NCBI GenBank assembly: GCA_016206785.1
Contig: JACQQV010000048.1
Location: 1,889 to 65,888, forward strand
Direction: 5' to 3'
DNA: 64,000 nucleotides
From: Candidatus Omnitrophota bacterium
GTDB lineage: Bacteria; Omnitrophota; Gorgyraeia; JACQQV01
Positions 1 through 10,085 of this stretch are shown here, one piece after another. Every line of letters starts with the position of its first letter. The first letter of the stretch is position 1. Made by a program: the position numbers and the translations under genes. The notes beneath the pieces are model-generated. The model was not told the DNA's origin. It did no database searches and was given only the letters and a program-made list of their open reading frames with translations.

Positions 1-2
1 TC

Positions 3-647
3 CTCGAAGCGGCGAGGAAGGCCTCGGTTGACAGGATCCTCATGGTCAGTTCCGCCTGCGTCTATCCAAGATACTGCACGATTCCTACGCCGGAAAAAGA
101 AGGATTTTTAGAGGACCCGGAACCAACCAATCTGGGATACGGGTGGGCGAAACGGATCGCCGAGGTTCAAGCGAGATGCTACGCGATGGAATACAAGATG
201 AAGATCGCCCTCGTGAGACCTTATAACACCTACGGCCCGAGGGATGATTTTAGCCCTGAGACGAGTCATGTGATCCCGGCGCTCATCCGAAGGATCCTCA
301 AAGGAGAAAATCCTTTGAAAGTGTGGGGGAGTGGGGAGCAGACGAGGGCTTTTCTTTATGTGACCGATATGGTGAAAGGTCTTATGCTGGCAACCGAAAA
401 GTATCCGAACTGCGACCCTGTCAATATCGGCACAGAAGAAGAGGTAAAGATCAGAGATCTTGCCCATCAGGTTGTGAAGGTTTCTGGCAAAAATCCTGAA
501 ATCGTGTTTGAGACCGACAAACCTTCAGGTCAACCCCGGCGGAATGCGGATATCTCCAAGGCAAAGAAACTTATCGGCTATCAGCCGAGTGTTTCTCTTG
601 AAGAGGGTCTTGCCATGACCGTTGAATGGGCAAAAGAGAATCTATGA
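3..647 (+). CDS. GDP-L-fucose synthase-like NAD-dependent epimerase/reductase (Fcl/WcaG family), C-terminal part; the 5' end lies upstream of the window
   Basis: The frame is open from base 3. The C-terminal 'NTYGPRDDFSPETSHVIPALIRRI...KPSGQPRRNADISKAKKLIGYQPSVSLEEGLAMTVEW' matches the Fcl C-terminus. Confidence 0.75.
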   Translation, partial: LEAARKASVDRILMVSSACVYPRYCTIPTPEKEGFLEDPEPTNLGYGWAKRIAEVQARCYAMEYKMKIALVRPYNTYGPRDDFSPETSHVIPALIRRILKGENPLKVWGSGEQTRAFLYVTDMVKGLMLATEKYPNCDPVNIGTEEEVKIRDLAHQVVKVSGKNPEIVFETDKPSGQPRRNADISKAKKLIGYQPSVSLEEGLAMTVEWAKENL

Positions 648-1351
648 AATCGACCCTTGTGATTCTCACCCTCAATGAAATCGAAGGGATCCGAGCCGTT
701 TTTCCAAAGATCCCTCTCCACCAGGTGGATGAAGTCTTTGTGGTAGATGGGGGTTCAACAGACGGAACGATCGAGTTCTTCAAAGAAAAGGGGATTCGGG
801 TCATCGTGCAGGAAGTCAGAGGGAGAGGGGAGGCCTTTCGCATTGCGACAAGGGAGGCCCAAGGCGAACACCTTGTTTTCTTTAGCCCCGATGGAAATGA
901 GGATCCCGACGATATCCCACGTCTTTTAAAACTTCTGGACGATGGGTTCGACATGGCGATCGCATCCCGTTTTCTTAAAGGCTCCCGCAATGAAGAAGAC
1001 CAGCAATTTTTGAAGTTCCGGCGGTGGGCGAATCAAGCGTTCACGAGGACGGCGAATCTCCTTTGGGGAGGAGGTATCAGCGACACCATCAACGGTTACC
1101 GAGCGATCAGGAAACGGTCGATCCTTCAGATGGCTGTGGATGCCCCCGGCTTTGTGATTGAATATCAGATGTCGATCCGGGCGATGAAACTGCATCTTAA
1201 GGTTTCGGAGATTCCGACTCAAGAGGGAAACCGGATCGGCGGGGAAAGCAAAGCCAAATCCATTCCGACGGGCCTTGTTTTTCTGAAAGTCTTATGGCGT
1301 GAAATATGGATCGGGAACCGTTTTGGAGAAGTTCTACGGCGTTCACCATGA
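644..1351 (+). CDS. Family 2 glycosyltransferase, DPM1/ArnC-like polyprenol-phosphate sugar transferase type
   Basis: The N-terminus 'VILTLNEIEGI..VVDGGSTDGT' is a GT2 signature. The start makes an ATGA overlap with the upstream stop. Confidence 0.8.
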   Translation: MKSTLVILTLNEIEGIRAVFPKIPLHQVDEVFVVDGGSTDGTIEFFKEKGIRVIVQEVRGRGEAFRIATREAQGEHLVFFSPDGNEDPDDIPRLLKLLDDGFDMAIASRFLKGSRNEEDQQFLKFRRWANQAFTRTANLLWGGGISDTINGYRAIRKRSILQMAVDAPGFVIEYQMSIRAMKLHLKVSEIPTQEGNRIGGESKAKSIPTGLVFLKVLWREIWIGNRFGEVLRRSP

Positions 1352-2958
1352 AGAAACTCCTTTTCGTGGTTTTGATCGGAAGCGTTGCCCTCGGCGGATT
1401 TTTGAGATTTTCTCATCTGGAACAAAGGGGAATTTTCAATCATGATGAGGCCATTTTCTTGGAGGAGGCCCGATTTCTGAAAAGCGCCTCGGATCTCCTC
1501 TTCAGTGGGCATCTCACTTTGAAAAAGGAAAATTTTGAGGAGGGAGAGCTTCGCTCTTTAAAATCGAAAGTAGAAGGAAACCCCTTGGGGACAGCCCGGC
1601 CGACACATACCCTTCTTTTATGGGTTGCCATGCTCTGTTTTGGAGATCGGGAGACATCCGGCCTTACCATGAGTGCTTTTTTAGGAGCTCTTTCGCTCCT
1701 TTTTGTATTTCTGATTGGAAAATCGCTTTTCGGAATGAATGAAGCATTGGTTTCCACATTCCTTTTGGCCGTCTCCCCCTACCATATTTATTATTCCCGT
1801 TCCTTGTATTCGGAGATCGATGCTTCCTTTTTTATTCTATTGGCCACCTATCTCTATCTGAAAAGTCGGGAGGAGGGGAAACGCTTCTCGACGTTACTCT
1901 TTTTATCCGGTTTTTGTCTGGGTCTTTCAGCGACCACCAATTACCGTTGGGCCTTCGTTCCCATCTTCTTTTTGCTTTATGAACTTCATTTTTTCTTCGT
2001 GCGGAAAAATGTTTCATGGCAGATTGTTTTGAAGCGATCTGCCTTGGCCGGGTTAGGCACTCTTTTGCCTATTTTCCTGTATGAGTTACCGTATCGCCTT
2101 CTTGGGCATCGATCTGGACTTCCCGGCACCCTTCCTATGTCTTATCTGGAGCAACTGACATCGAGGGTGAGAAGATTCGGAGGAACATTCGGTGTGGAGG
2201 GGTGGACGACCTATTTTTTCTATTTTTCCAGGCTTGAAAACGTTTTTTTTCTTGTGTTCGCAATACTGGGACTTCTTCTTCTCTTTTTCAGATTCTATAA
2301 GCGAAAGTTTCCCCTACCAGAACTTATTGTCATCTCCCAATTCGCGCTCCCATTCGTTTTTTTCAGTTTTTATTTTAATTGGAACTACCGGTATCCTCGC
2401 ACAATTGCCTTGGTGTTGCCGGCAGCTGCCTGGGCAGCCGGTTTTGCCATCTGTCGACTGGGAGAGAAATTTTCAAAGAAAGATCTTGTTATCGTTGGTA
2501 TCACAGTGATTCTGGTTCTCATCGGAGGGGTCAGGTCTTCGCGATTTTTAGGACTTTCTTCAGGGTATCAGGAGGCCGCGCGTCATTCCATGGAAGTTGC
2601 CCTTTCGAAAAAGAAAAAGATCGTGATTGACGACTACCACGCCCCGATCTGGAAGTATTATGCGGAGAGTCTATTGAGAGGGAAGGGGGTCTCATACCGT
2701 GATCTTTTTGAAGAATCCTCAGGGAATCAAAAAAAATCTCTGATCATCGATTGTGCGGCGTACGCCAATGTAACGTCACAAGAATACAATTTTCTTAGGA
2801 AGATTTCTCCAGAAAGAAAACCCCTTTTTGTCATTGCGAACAATATCGGTAGGGAGATGCACCTTTTGTGCGACTTGGGGGTTCCTCACAAAGAGCTGTT
2901 TGATGCGATGAAGGATCCCACATCCTCCTTAATCTCGGTGTATGAGGCGGGACGATGA
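1348..2958 (+). CDS. Polytopic membrane GT-C glycosyltransferase (PMT_2/ArnT-like, GT39/GT83 type)
   Basis: The protein has more than 10 hydrophobic helices and an N-terminal region like ArnT/PMT ('HDEAIFLEEARF'). It makes an ATGA overlap at both ends. Confidence 0.65.
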   Translation: MKKLLFVVLIGSVALGGFLRFSHLEQRGIFNHDEAIFLEEARFLKSASDLLFSGHLTLKKENFEEGELRSLKSKVEGNPLGTARPTHTLLLWVAMLCFGDRETSGLTMSAFLGALSLLFVFLIGKSLFGMNEALVSTFLLAVSPYHIYYSRSLYSEIDASFFILLATYLYLKSREEGKRFSTLLFLSGFCLGLSATTNYRWAFVPIFFLLYELHFFFVRKNVSWQIVLKRSALAGLGTLLPIFLYELPYRLLGHRSGLPGTLPMSYLEQLTSRVRRFGGTFGVEGWTTYFFYFSRLENVFFLVFAILGLLLLFFRFYKRKFPLPELIVISQFALPFVFFSFYFNWNYRYPRTIALVLPAAAWAAGFAICRLGEKFSKKDLVIVGITVILVLIGGVRSSRFLGLSSGYQEAARHSMEVALSKKKKIVIDDYHAPIWKYYAESLLRGKGVSYRDLFEESSGNQKKSLIIDCAAYANVTSQEYNFLRKISPERKPLFVIANNIGREMHLLCDLGVPHKELFDAMKDPTSSLISVYEAGR

Positions 2959-4829
2959 AGATTTCTGTGGTAATCGCCACGTATCAGAGACCCGACTATT
3001 TAAGACGGTGTCTTGAGTCTCTTTGGAACCAGACCCGGAAGCCGGATGAGATTGTCCTCGTTATTCGCCCTGAGGACAAATCCACTCAAGAAAGTATCAC
3101 CTCTTTTCAAGAGGAGACAAAGAGTGAGATCCCATTGACCGTTGCTTTTGTGGAGAAACCAGGAGTCGTTTTTGCGGAGAACGAGGGAATACGGCATGCG
3201 ACGGGAGACATTCTCTGTTTTATCGATGACGATGCGACGGCGCCCTCGAATTGGTTGGGACGGATTGAAAGGCATTTCAAGGACCCCACTGTGGGTACCG
3301 TAGGAGGACCGGTCCTTCCTGCCCATGAGGGGGTACAGCCTCTTCCTCCCGGTGCTCGGTGGGGGCACGTTTCATGGTGGGGAAAATTTTCAGGGAACTC
3401 CCAAAAGGTCCCCGGAGAGATCCTGGAGGTCGATGCCCTTCGGGGATGCAATATGGCCTTTCGGAGAGAACTTCTCCCACACTTCGATGAACATCTCAAA
3501 GGCTACTGGCGTTTTGAAGACGATGCGGTTTTATCCGTAAAGGAGAAGGGCTTTCGTGCGTTGTGTGATCCTCAGATTCAGGTGACTCACTATCTTGCCC
3601 CTGTGCAGGTCGAGTACAAACGGGAGATCGATCCCCTTTCCATCTTTTCTTCGAATCATAACAATACCTATGTGGTGCTCAAGCACTTTCCGTTGATGCA
3701 AAAAGTGGCTTTTCTCTGCTTTACATTTCTGGTAGGAGATATCTCCAATCCTGGAATGTTCAGATATCTCTTTAGAACAATTAAGAGAGGCCGTGTCTCC
3801 CTCATCCGCCAAGAGCTCCTTCCCGCCCTCAAGGGAAAAATAGAGGGGATTCAAACGTATCGAAAAAATCACGCAAAGAATAAACGACCCCCTTTTTTAA
3901 AATGTCCATTGTGTAGTTCGCTCCAAGTGATGCTTCACTTCGCTTCCTCGGGAGCAATAGACCTTCCTTCCTGTATCTTTCGTTGTCTGAATTGTCATAT
4001 TGTTTTTGCTGAACGAAGAGAGATGGAAGGATCCCTCTACGAAGAGAGCTACGCCTATCATCAAAAGGCACACGAACCTCTCGATACATTACGGACGCAG
4101 GAACATCTCCAAACACTTATGAAACAAAAGAGGGGGAGACTACTTGACGTTGGTTGTTCACGCGGTCATTTCTTAAATGGACTTAAAAGGGAGGGATGGG
4201 AAGTTGAGGGAATAGAAGTTTCTAAAGAGGCGGTGTCTCAAGCCGAAAAGGAATTTGGCCTCAAGATTTTCCAGGGAAAATTAGAGGATGCCCCCTTTCC
4301 GGAAAATTCCTTTGATGTGGTGACCTGCTGGGATGTTTTGGAACATGTTCCAGAACCGGTCCCATTTCTAAAAAAGTGTAGAAGTTTATTAAAAGGCGGA
4401 GGAATCCTTTTCATCGATACACCGAACGTCGAAAGTCTCTATGCTTGCTTGATTGGAAGGAAGTGGGTCGGTTTTAATCGCTACCATCTTTTTTATTATT
4501 CACCCGAAACCCTTCGGGACATTCTAAGAAAAGTGGGTTTTGAAGAAATAGGGATACGAACGACCCATGTGAATCTTTTTTCAAAGGAGGGCCTTTGGCG
4601 GATGGGTTTTTATCCTTCTCTTGCGCGCTTTCGCGATTTTCTTCGAAGGAAAAGGTCAGAAAAGAATGGCTCACGGGTCGTTGAAATTCCCAAGAAACCT
4701 TGGCGCATGGGGGTGTTAGGAATCTGTGTGAATACCCTTCCCAATTGGATTCTTGGAAGACTTCTTTTGGGCGATCAACTTTTTGTGATGGCCAAAAAAG
4801 GGAGATCTGATGAAGGACTTTCCGCCTGA
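2955..4829 (+). CDS. Bifunctional fusion: N-terminal GT2 glycosyltransferase plus C-terminal zinc-ribbon class I SAM methyltransferase
   Basis: The N-terminus 'MKISVVIATYQRPDYLRRCLESL' with 'FIDDDA' is GT2. The C-terminus 'CPLCSS..CLNCH' and 'LLDVGCSRGHFL' is a methyltransferase with motif I. Confidence 0.75.
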   Translation: MKISVVIATYQRPDYLRRCLESLWNQTRKPDEIVLVIRPEDKSTQESITSFQEETKSEIPLTVAFVEKPGVVFAENEGIRHATGDILCFIDDDATAPSNWLGRIERHFKDPTVGTVGGPVLPAHEGVQPLPPGARWGHVSWWGKFSGNSQKVPGEILEVDALRGCNMAFRRELLPHFDEHLKGYWRFEDDAVLSVKEKGFRALCDPQIQVTHYLAPVQVEYKREIDPLSIFSSNHNNTYVVLKHFPLMQKVAFLCFTFLVGDISNPGMFRYLFRTIKRGRVSLIRQELLPALKGKIEGIQTYRKNHAKNKRPPFLKCPLCSSLQVMLHFASSGAIDLPSCIFRCLNCHIVFAERREMEGSLYEESYAYHQKAHEPLDTLRTQEHLQTLMKQKRGRLLDVGCSRGHFLNGLKREGWEVEGIEVSKEAVSQAEKEFGLKIFQGKLEDAPFPENSFDVVTCWDVLEHVPEPVPFLKKCRSLLKGGGILFIDTPNVESLYACLIGRKWVGFNRYHLFYYSPETLRDILRKVGFEEIGIRTTHVNLFSKEGLWRMGFYPSLARFRDFLRRKRSEKNGSRVVEIPKKPWRMGVLGICVNTLPNWILGRLLLGDQLFVMAKKGRSDEGLSA

Positions 4830-5889
4830 GGAGGTCAAAAAGATTTTGGTCATGGCCTTTCAGGGGATTGGGAATATCCTTCTTTTAACCCCCGCCTTGG
4901 AGGCATTACACCAAAATTACCCTCAAGCGAAATTCACCGCGATCGTAACTTCCCCGGGGACAGCCGAACTTTTGAAGGGGTGTCCTTATGTGGAGAGGGT
5001 GATTCTCTACGATTCTGGCGTTTTTTGGAAAGGATCGCTTTTCAAGAAACTCTCTTTTGTCAAAGATCTTCGGAACCAGAAATTTGATATGACCTTTTCC
5101 ACCTTTTTAGAATCTGGTTTTAAAAGCGGTCTCCTTGCTTTTTTGACCGGGGCCCCTGTGCGTGTGGGATACAATCTTCATGGGAGAGGTTTTTTCTATA
5201 CCCATCGACTCGATCTTATCCCAAATCGACACGAAGTGGAATTGGGGCTCGATTTGGTGCGGGCCCTCGGGGGAAGGGTAACGGGTGGTAATCCTCTCAT
5301 TTGGCTTTTGGCGGAGGAGAGACGTTGGGTGGAGAAATTCCTTAAGGAAAAAGGTATAGCTCCAGATGAGTCTTTAATCGGGATCCACCCCGGTTCTTCT
5401 CCCACACACCCTGAAAAGAGGTGGGATCTGGATCGTTTCGCGAAACTGGCGGATCACATTATGGAGAGAAAGAAAACCCGCGTCCTTATTTTGGGAGGGG
5501 ACCTTGAAGTGGAATTGGCGAGAAGGATGAAAGAGTTGATGCACCATTCGCCTCTTGTGGCGATGGGCCAAACCTTGAGGCAGACCGCGGCACTTCTTAC
5601 ACGTTGTGACCTCCTCGTCAGTAATGACACGAGCCTCTCCCATCTTGCCACAGCGGTGGAGACCCCGGTCATCGCCATTTTCGGGCCAACCAATCCTTGG
5701 AAAAACCGACCTTATGGTGAAAAAAGCAGGATCCTTCGGAAAGAACTGCCATGCAGTCCCTGCTATGAGACATGGGCTGGGGCAAAAATTGTCTGCACCA
5801 ATCCAGACTCCTTTGCCTGTCTTAAGGGGATCGCGGTGGAAGAGGTGTTAGAGGAGGCCCTGAAGCAACTGGGGGCTCAACAGGCATAA
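4810..5889 (+). CDS. Family 9 glycosyltransferase (heptosyltransferase RfaF/WaaC-like)
   Basis: The sequence 'ILVMAFQGIGNILLLTPALEAL' and 'IGIHPGSS...KRW' gives the GT9 architecture. Confidence 0.75.
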   Translation: MKDFPPEEVKKILVMAFQGIGNILLLTPALEALHQNYPQAKFTAIVTSPGTAELLKGCPYVERVILYDSGVFWKGSLFKKLSFVKDLRNQKFDMTFSTFLESGFKSGLLAFLTGAPVRVGYNLHGRGFFYTHRLDLIPNRHEVELGLDLVRALGGRVTGGNPLIWLLAEERRWVEKFLKEKGIAPDESLIGIHPGSSPTHPEKRWDLDRFAKLADHIMERKKTRVLILGGDLEVELARRMKELMHHSPLVAMGQTLRQTAALLTRCDLLVSNDTSLSHLATAVETPVIAIFGPTNPWKNRPYGEKSRILRKELPCSPCYETWAGAKIVCTNPDSFACLKGIAVEEVLEEALKQLGAQQA

Positions 5890-5890
5890 G

Positions 5891-6823
5891 ATGAGAGCAT
5901 CGCTCGTCTCAATTCCCTGCGACCTCTGCGGAGGAGATCGGACCGAAGCTCTTTTTCAGGATGAAGGATTTCAGTACGTCCGGTGCACCTCCTGCGGGTT
6001 GGTTTATCTCAATCCCCGTCCGACGGAGGAAATGCTCAAGGCGTGGTACCAAAGTCATGGCGCAGCATCCGGAGAACCTTTCCTGCAAAAGCGACAGGAA
6101 GGTTACTATACACGTTATCTTGAAAATGAAGAAGGGTACCTTCTTGAGGGAAAGCGTTTTTTGAGACAGATCACAGATGCCGGGCTTATGCAGGGGCGTG
6201 TCTTGGACGTGGGATGTGCCGCAGGATTTTACTTGTCTATTTTTAAAAAAGCGGGGTGGGAGTCCTATGGACTCGAACTTTCCGATGTTTTCATCCGATA
6301 CGCGTGCGACACCCTCCATCTCAACGTCCAAAAGGGATCTCTCGGAGAGGTTACTTTTCAAGAAAATTTTTTTGGCGCCGTCCTTATGATCGATACCTTA
6401 AGCCATTTCACAAGTCCCCAGGGAACCCTTCGGGAGGCCTTCCGAATTTTAAAAAAAGGGGGGTTCCTTCTTCTCCGGACAGGAAACAAAGGATCTTTAT
6501 CCGGAAAAAAGAGCGGAGAGAGATGGGGGGAGAACTGGGGAGCCCCTGAACATCTTTACCATTTCTCTGAAAAGACCCTCAAAGCCCTTTTGGAAAAGAC
6601 GGGATTTTCCATCGAACATTTTCAATCCTATGCGAATGTAGCCAATCTCATTTCGCCGGCAACTCTTCACCTTCCGGACGCGGTCTATCGGTTTCATAAG
6701 GTTCTCCGGCGCCCTTATCGATTCCTAAGAAACGTCTTAACGGTGACGCTGGGACGCACCCTTCGGCATACACCCTTAAGTGGAACCATCACGGTCTTGG
6801 CGACCAAGCCCGGGAGAGAATGA
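5891..6823 (+). CDS. Class I SAM-dependent methyltransferase with N-terminal zinc ribbon
   Basis: The N-terminus 'CDLCGG...CTSCG' is followed by 'VLDVGCAAGFYL' (motif I) and 'LKKGGFLLL'. Confidence 0.75.
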   Translation: MRASLVSIPCDLCGGDRTEALFQDEGFQYVRCTSCGLVYLNPRPTEEMLKAWYQSHGAASGEPFLQKRQEGYYTRYLENEEGYLLEGKRFLRQITDAGLMQGRVLDVGCAAGFYLSIFKKAGWESYGLELSDVFIRYACDTLHLNVQKGSLGEVTFQENFFGAVLMIDTLSHFTSPQGTLREAFRILKKGGFLLLRTGNKGSLSGKKSGERWGENWGAPEHLYHFSEKTLKALLEKTGFSIEHFQSYANVANLISPATLHLPDAVYRFHKVLRRPYRFLRNVLTVTLGRTLRHTPLSGTITVLATKPGRE

Positions 6824-6824
6824 A

Positions 6825-8021
6825 ATGTGGCGGTATCATCCAAAAAAACAGATCGGTGTTGGGGGTATTCATCTGGGTGGGAAAGAGAGACGGTATCTTA
6901 ACGAAGTGATCAAAAGCAACCGCCTCTCCTACGGGCCCTTCTCACAAAAATTGGAAAAACATTTTGCAGAACTCCACGATTGCCGTTACGCCGTCTTTTG
7001 CAATAGCGGCACCAGCGCCCTTCACATCTCCCTTGCCGCCCTCAAGGAAAAATACCGCTGGTCCGATGGGGACGAAGTCATTGTTCCTGCGGTCACCTTT
7101 GTGGCCACCAGCAACATCGTTCTTCATAATCATATGAGACCTGTTTTCGTAGATGTCGACCCCAAGACCTACACCATCAACCCTGCCTTGATCGAAAAAA
7201 AGCTTTCATCAAGGACAAGGGCCATCATCCCCGTCCACCTTTTAGGTCTTCCCTGTGATATGGCTTCCCTCCTTTCCATCTGCCAAAAATACAACTTAAG
7301 AATGATCGAGGATTCTTGCGAGACGATGTTTGCAACCTACAAAGGGAAGAAGGTCGGTTCCTTCGGGGAGATCGGTTGCTTTTCAACTTACATCGCCCAC
7401 TATATCGTGACAGGGGTGGGTGGGTTGGCAACCACCAACGATCCCGCGCTGGCGATTCTCTTAAAGAGCCTCATGAATCATGGAAGAGATGCCATCTACC
7501 TCAATATTGATGATGACCAGAATGTCGAGAAAGAGAAACTTTTTGAAATCGTTTCCAAAAGATTTTCCTTCGTCTACCTCGGTCATAGTTTTCGTGCCAC
7601 GGAATTGGAGGCGGCGATTGGGCTGGCACAACTTGAAACCAAAGACGAGATTATCCGCAAAAGAAAAAAGAACGCCTCTTTTTTCATCCAAGGATTAAAA
7701 GACCTTGAAGACAAAATCCAACTCCCATTTATTCCTCCGGACCGCGACCATATGTTCATGCTTTTCCCCATCGTCTTGAGAAATGAATCTAAGAAAGAGT
7801 TGGTGAACTTTCTCGAAGCAAATGACATTGAAACCCGAGATCTTCTTCCTTTGACCAATCAACCTATCTATAGGAGACTCTTCGGGGATATTGAGAAGGA
7901 ATACCCCGTCGCGAAGTGGTTGAATGAGAATGGCTTTTATATCGGCTGTCATCAGTATCTGCAAAAGAAAGAATTGGTCTACATGGTTGAAACGCTTCAC
8001 CGTTATTTTAAGTCCCCTTGA
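6825..8021 (+). CDS. DegT/DnrJ/EryC1/StrS-family PLP-dependent sugar aminotransferase (ArnB/Per-like)
   Basis: The motifs 'FCNSGTSALHISL', 'VIVPAVTFVATSN' and 'GCFSTYIAHYIVTGVGG' (active-site Lys region) were seen. Confidence 0.85.
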   Translation: MWRYHPKKQIGVGGIHLGGKERRYLNEVIKSNRLSYGPFSQKLEKHFAELHDCRYAVFCNSGTSALHISLAALKEKYRWSDGDEVIVPAVTFVATSNIVLHNHMRPVFVDVDPKTYTINPALIEKKLSSRTRAIIPVHLLGLPCDMASLLSICQKYNLRMIEDSCETMFATYKGKKVGSFGEIGCFSTYIAHYIVTGVGGLATTNDPALAILLKSLMNHGRDAIYLNIDDDQNVEKEKLFEIVSKRFSFVYLGHSFRATELEAAIGLAQLETKDEIIRKRKKNASFFIQGLKDLEDKIQLPFIPPDRDHMFMLFPIVLRNESKKELVNFLEANDIETRDLLPLTNQPIYRRLFGDIEKEYPVAKWLNENGFYIGCHQYLQKKELVYMVETLHRYFKSP

Positions 8022-8029
8022 AAGGGAAT

Positions 8030-8884
8030 ATGCCTAAGATTTCGGTCATTGTGATTTCCTTAGACGGTTCCCGGGAGGAAAACGTTCCGAGGCTCCTCGA
8101 GGATATCCAGAGCCAGACAGTCAAGGATCAGGAGCTTTGTGTGATTACGCGTGTCTCACCCAATGGCAAGGCGAGGAATGAAGGGATTCGGAAAACAGGA
8201 GGAGAATTTCTGATCTTCTTGGACGACGATGTACGGCTCGGTCACGCAAAAGTGTTTGAAAATCTCCTTCGACCCTTCGATGGAAATGAGAAAATCGGGA
8301 TGACAGGAGGTTCCATCCGTATCCCTCCTGATGCAAACTTTTTGATGCGTCGCCTTGGAAGTGAACTTCCGCGATGGCAAGTGCCTATCGTGAAGAGTCC
8401 GAAGGAGAGTGATCTTGTGACGACCGCCTGTTGTGCGATTCCGAGAGAGGTCCTTGAAAAGGTTGGGCTTTTTCACGAAGGACTCTGCCGCGGGGTAGAT
8501 CCAGAATTTCGCGCCAGACTCCGACAGGCGGGTTACAAAATTATTCTGATGCCGGACACCTATTTTTTTCATCCTCTTCCGCGCACGCTCAGAGGACTGG
8601 TTTCGTTCTCTTTGGCACGTGGGATGGCGGCGGGCTATGGGGCGCGATATTATCCGGAGCTCCAGTATGAGGTCCCTCCCTTGGGGAAGGAGTCTTGGAA
8701 AGAGAGACGCTCCCTTTTATACCGCTCCTTTCGCAAGGTCTGGTCGATCATTCAGTCGCTTTTAACGTTCAAGTTCCTTCGCCTCATCGCCGATCTCAGT
8801 TATGCAATAGGTTTTTTGGCGTTTTATCTGAAGAGACTCTGTACACACGATCAAGAGGGATCTCATCGTGCGAAGACCTCTTAA
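8030..8884 (+). CDS. Family 2 glycosyltransferase
   Basis: The sequence 'MPKISVIVISLDGS' and 'LIFLDDDV' is GT2. A TTG at 8018 is an alternative start. Confidence 0.75.
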   Translation: MPKISVIVISLDGSREENVPRLLEDIQSQTVKDQELCVITRVSPNGKARNEGIRKTGGEFLIFLDDDVRLGHAKVFENLLRPFDGNEKIGMTGGSIRIPPDANFLMRRLGSELPRWQVPIVKSPKESDLVTTACCAIPREVLEKVGLFHEGLCRGVDPEFRARLRQAGYKIILMPDTYFFHPLPRTLRGLVSFSLARGMAAGYGARYYPELQYEVPPLGKESWKERRSLLYRSFRKVWSIIQSLLTFKFLRLIADLSYAIGFLAFYLKRLCTHDQEGSHRAKTS

Positions 8885-10085
8885 AATCCTTTTTGTGGCC
8901 GATGTCCCGATCAGGGATCCTTCCAGCGGCTCTTCCCGGATGCTTCAGGGATATGCCCTTGAATTGACACGCCAAGGGCATCAGGTCTTTGTGTTGACGC
9001 GCGGAGAAAAATTCTTTGCAAACGAAGAAACATGGGAAGGGATCCGGATCACCTCTTTCGGGGTTTGGCGACTTAACACATTGACCTTTTTCCTTTCATC
9101 CCTTTTGAACAGCTTTCGTCACTTTGAACGCCTCACCCGGCGGGAATCTTTCGATCTCATCCACTTTCAGCAGGAGCTCTCTTCTCTCGGAGTGCTTCTT
9201 TCGAGGAGAAGTCGCAGCTTCCCCCGGTTCTTCAGTTATTATTCTGCTTGGCATACGGAATATGCCTCTCGGCATGGCAAGGCCCCCCGTATTTTTTTCT
9301 TGATGGTCTTCTGGAGGAGCCTCAATATTTTTCTCCGGAGAATTTGGAAGGCGTATGCGATGTCCCGATGCCATCGGATCACCGTATTAAGCCAATTTTC
9401 ACGGCAGGAGCTTCCGATTCTGTATGGGCCTTTGCATGTGCCGGTGCGATGGATTCCGGGCGGGGTGGATACCGACCGCTTTTATCCGACTGCCGACAAG
9501 AAAAAAATCCGCCAACAGCTCGGCGGCTCAGACGGTCACTGGCTTTTTTTGACGGTCCGTAATTTGGAGCCGCGGATGGGGGTGGAGGTGTTGATTGATG
9601 CAGTACAAAAGGTGCTCAAAAAGAGGAACGACTTCAAACTCTGGATCGGAGGAACGGGGCCGACGGAGAAAAAATTGCAGGAAAAGGTAAAGGCCTTAGG
9701 ACTGTCAGAAGTCGTTTCGTTCGTCGGACTCATTCCCGAATCGAAACTCCCTCTTTATTATCAAGCGGCCGACCTTTTCATTCTTCCGACGCAATATATG
9801 GAAGGATTTGGGCTCGTGACCATTGAGGCCCTTGCGTCGGGGACTCCTGTTTTGGGAACCCCAATCGGCGGGACACAGGAAATCTTGGCCGGACTCCATC
9901 CCGATCTTCTCTTTAGATCCACGACTGCAGAGGCGATGGCCGAAAAAATAGTGAGCTGGATGGAGGGAGGACACCGCGTGGTCACTCTAGAAGCGTGTCG
10001 GGAGTATGCCGTGAACCGTTACACCTGGAGGAAAGTTGTGGAGACCCTTCAGGGTGTTTATGAGGAACTGTTGCAGGGCCGATGA
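8868..10085 (+). CDS. Family 4 (GT-B) glycosyltransferase
   Basis: The C-terminus 'EGFGLVTIEALASGTPVLGTPIGG' is a GT4 signature. The start is GTG. Confidence 0.8.
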   Translation: MRRPLKILFVADVPIRDPSSGSSRMLQGYALELTRQGHQVFVLTRGEKFFANEETWEGIRITSFGVWRLNTLTFFLSSLLNSFRHFERLTRRESFDLIHFQQELSSLGVLLSRRSRSFPRFFSYYSAWHTEYASRHGKAPRIFFLMVFWRSLNIFLRRIWKAYAMSRCHRITVLSQFSRQELPILYGPLHVPVRWIPGGVDTDRFYPTADKKKIRQQLGGSDGHWLFLTVRNLEPRMGVEVLIDAVQKVLKKRNDFKLWIGGTGPTEKKLQEKVKALGLSEVVSFVGLIPESKLPLYYQAADLFILPTQYMEGFGLVTIEALASGTPVLGTPIGGTQEILAGLHPDLLFRSTTAEAMAEKIVSWMEGGHRVVTLEACREYAVNRYTWRKVVETLQGVYEELLQGR